The position numbers were made by a program, and so were the translations under genes. The notes under the pieces were generated by a model. It did not search any database and was not told where the DNA came from. It saw only the letters and a list, made by a program, of their open reading frames with translations. A stretch of DNA of 64,000 nucleotides, taken from Anthoceros angustus (taxonomy: Eukaryota > Plantae > Anthocerotophyta). The stretch's first letter is position 1; each line of letters begins with the position of its first letter. Shown in pieces: positions 61,901-64,000 of this stretch. The stretch lies in assembly GCA_010909165.1 (NCBI GenBank), contig MU008181.1:496001-560000 (forward strand), given 5' to 3'.

Positions 61901-64000
61901 AAATAGGGGATACGAAAGGGCCTACCCACCACCGGTGCCGAAGAAACCGCTTTGCCATCGCTTGCCTTTGTCCTATACAGGTGTGTAAGGCGATGGACAC
62001 GTTACTGTAAAGCCAAGATACATGAAGAGGGCCAACGTTCCTATGTGCTACTCCGTCCTTGCGGAACCTAGAAAACCTTGCCCATGGATCTCGATGGCGA
62101 GGGATGAAGGCGTGCCACCGCTCATAAGTACTTACAGACCTTCGCTGGCACATCCTCACGCCACCTTACCGAGGGAGCACATGCTCATTGACTAATCTGA
62201 GTAGGGTCGGTGACAACCACATCGCACTGAAACGTCCCCCAGGCCAAAAGGTCATGGGAGAAACCAGAATTAGAGTATAAGGGCTCCCTGTGGGAAGAAG
62301 CCTCCCTCCTTGGCCATGGCCAGCGTAAGCAGGCGTCATGTGTAGCAATCGTTACACCCGCAGGACTGCCGAGCAAGGTGAGTACCCGAGTCGTCGAGGC
62401 GCCACAAGCTTTGGAGAGGCGAGCCAAAGGCTGGACCAGCCACAAAACCTCATCGCGGTGAAAAGAGGCTGAGTGCGATTCGGAAAGCTTTGGATGCAAG
62501 GCGCATGAAGCTATGAACCCGGCTCCTTACGAGCAAGAGCGGAGATGGGCACGAGCCTGAGGGATGGACGGAGTCGAAGAAGGGCCACTGCGCGCCGATA
62601 TTGCTTTTCGGGAGGGCGGCTTGAAGGCAAGCCTCGGTGGCGAAGCAAAGTAAGGCCGCCCTAGCATATGTGGATAGGGAACCTCTAGCCAAACGGAGGG
62701 CCACTGCGAAAATCTTCCTCCACTCCATGACGAAGGACTCCAAAATGCGAGAATCCCTAATGACGTAAGCGAGACCAAGTGTGGCGCAACTACCGGACGG
62801 CCGGTGGCCCGCGCACCAATCCGTGTCGTTGCGGTAAATTGTTCCCAAGGGAATGACTTATTCGTTATACACGCTCGTTGTTCTATTCACTCCCCGCTGG
62901 AGGCAATCCACGAAACCACGTCATGCCGCGCGTTGTCTCTCTAGTTGCTCTACTGCGTTCACCGTACGGGCCGGGTAGCCAACGCGTTTAAGGACTTCGT
63001 TTCGTCCAGTAACCTATCGATCCGCCATGCATGTCCCTCTCTACCTCGTCTCACCTATCGTTCTTACCCACACTCAATATCTAGGGTTGAGAGTCACGGT
63101 TGGGCATGTGGCCACTCACGGACCTCCAGCGTTCATTCACCGAGGCTCCTCCGTCCACTCACGCCCTTCCGGCGGTTAATCACGCACGCGCCTCCGATCC
63201 GTCGGCCGTCGGACTTACGCCAAGAGGAGGCGGTCAGGGGGTCCGCACGCTGACACACACACCACCACGCGTTAGGGTCCCGTCACCAGGACCTAGATCA
63301 GTCTCTCCGGGGAAGTCTTGCCCGCTCAATGACTCAGGACTCGCGTTAGCCAGGATACAAGGATCTGCAACGATAACGCGGTATCAACCCCAAAGAAGAT
63401 CGCTTCTTTGGGTGGCGCCTCTTCTACTAAATCGAGGGGTGCCTTTATTACACCTATTATTCGAGTGATGTCAGCTCACTGTGCTAACCACGTGACCTCT
63501 CTCTTCCCTATTTTTCCTACCTATATCAGCGGTGCAATGTGGTTCCAAGATTCCTTCTTAGCTCACAGCAATCCCCATCGCATCTGCGGGCGCAATCGGA
63601 TGATCCAGCGACCCGGAACCCCAGGAGGCTCTTCCTGCACTCGGACTCTGTCGGGTTGCGCCCAGGCGGACGACAGCGCATTGACCACCAAGTCTTCCTC
63701 CTCGCTGTCCATTGGCGCTGGTGGGTCCTTGCCACAGGTCCGAGTCCGGGAGCCGTTCTTCCTCGGTGGGTTGAGACTGACTCTCATCCACCCCTTCCCC
63801 CACTCCCAGGTTTAAAGCCACGGGACTCCCTTCCCCCTCCTGAGTCCGGACCTCGGAGTCCGTCCTCAGGGTGTGAGCATGGTAAGGTGACCACTAATTT
63901 AGGAAACAGGCGAAACCGTCTCTAAGTGGTGTTTTGCATTATGTTCAGATTTAACAATTGAAATTATGCCCATATTGACCGATATTTTTAGGGCTATTCG
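57918..64000 (+). repeat. ~6.1-kb direct segmental duplicate of 21106-27177, including the SABATH fragment at 60822-61295 and the CRE-like relic
   Basis: Colinear match to the window end; near-identical to ~61.6 kb and indel-rich after that. Confidence 0.92.

Overview
Eukaryotic DNA from a land plant with a compact genome. Short GT-AG introns of about 70-130 bp, PLS-type PPR relics and tight gene spacing suggest a non-seed plant such as a hornwort or Selaginella-like lycophyte (inference). Bases 1-11 kb are gene-dense: AAR2 head-to-head with RNA Pol I subunit RPA43, a GH95 alpha-fucosidase, PPR relics and a small conserved plant ORF. From about 12 kb the window is a TE-rich array of SABATH methyltransferases (2 intact, 2 frameshifted, 3 3'-fragments) plus a GNA-type lectin. 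The array is interspersed with a copia element that has non-canonical AG...CT LTR ends, a CRE-like non-LTR relic, a Sola-like transposase relic, and two nested MULE-SWIM transposons, the outer one with a 13-15 bp target duplication. The most striking feature is a Ty3/gypsy retrotransposon carrying a DNMT3-type C5-cytosine methyltransferase between protease and RT and a PHD finger after integrase. Bases 57.9-64 kb duplicate 21.1-27.2 kb. Much of the sequence beyond about 21 kb shows homopolymer indels typical of under-polished long reads, so many frameshifts may be artefacts.
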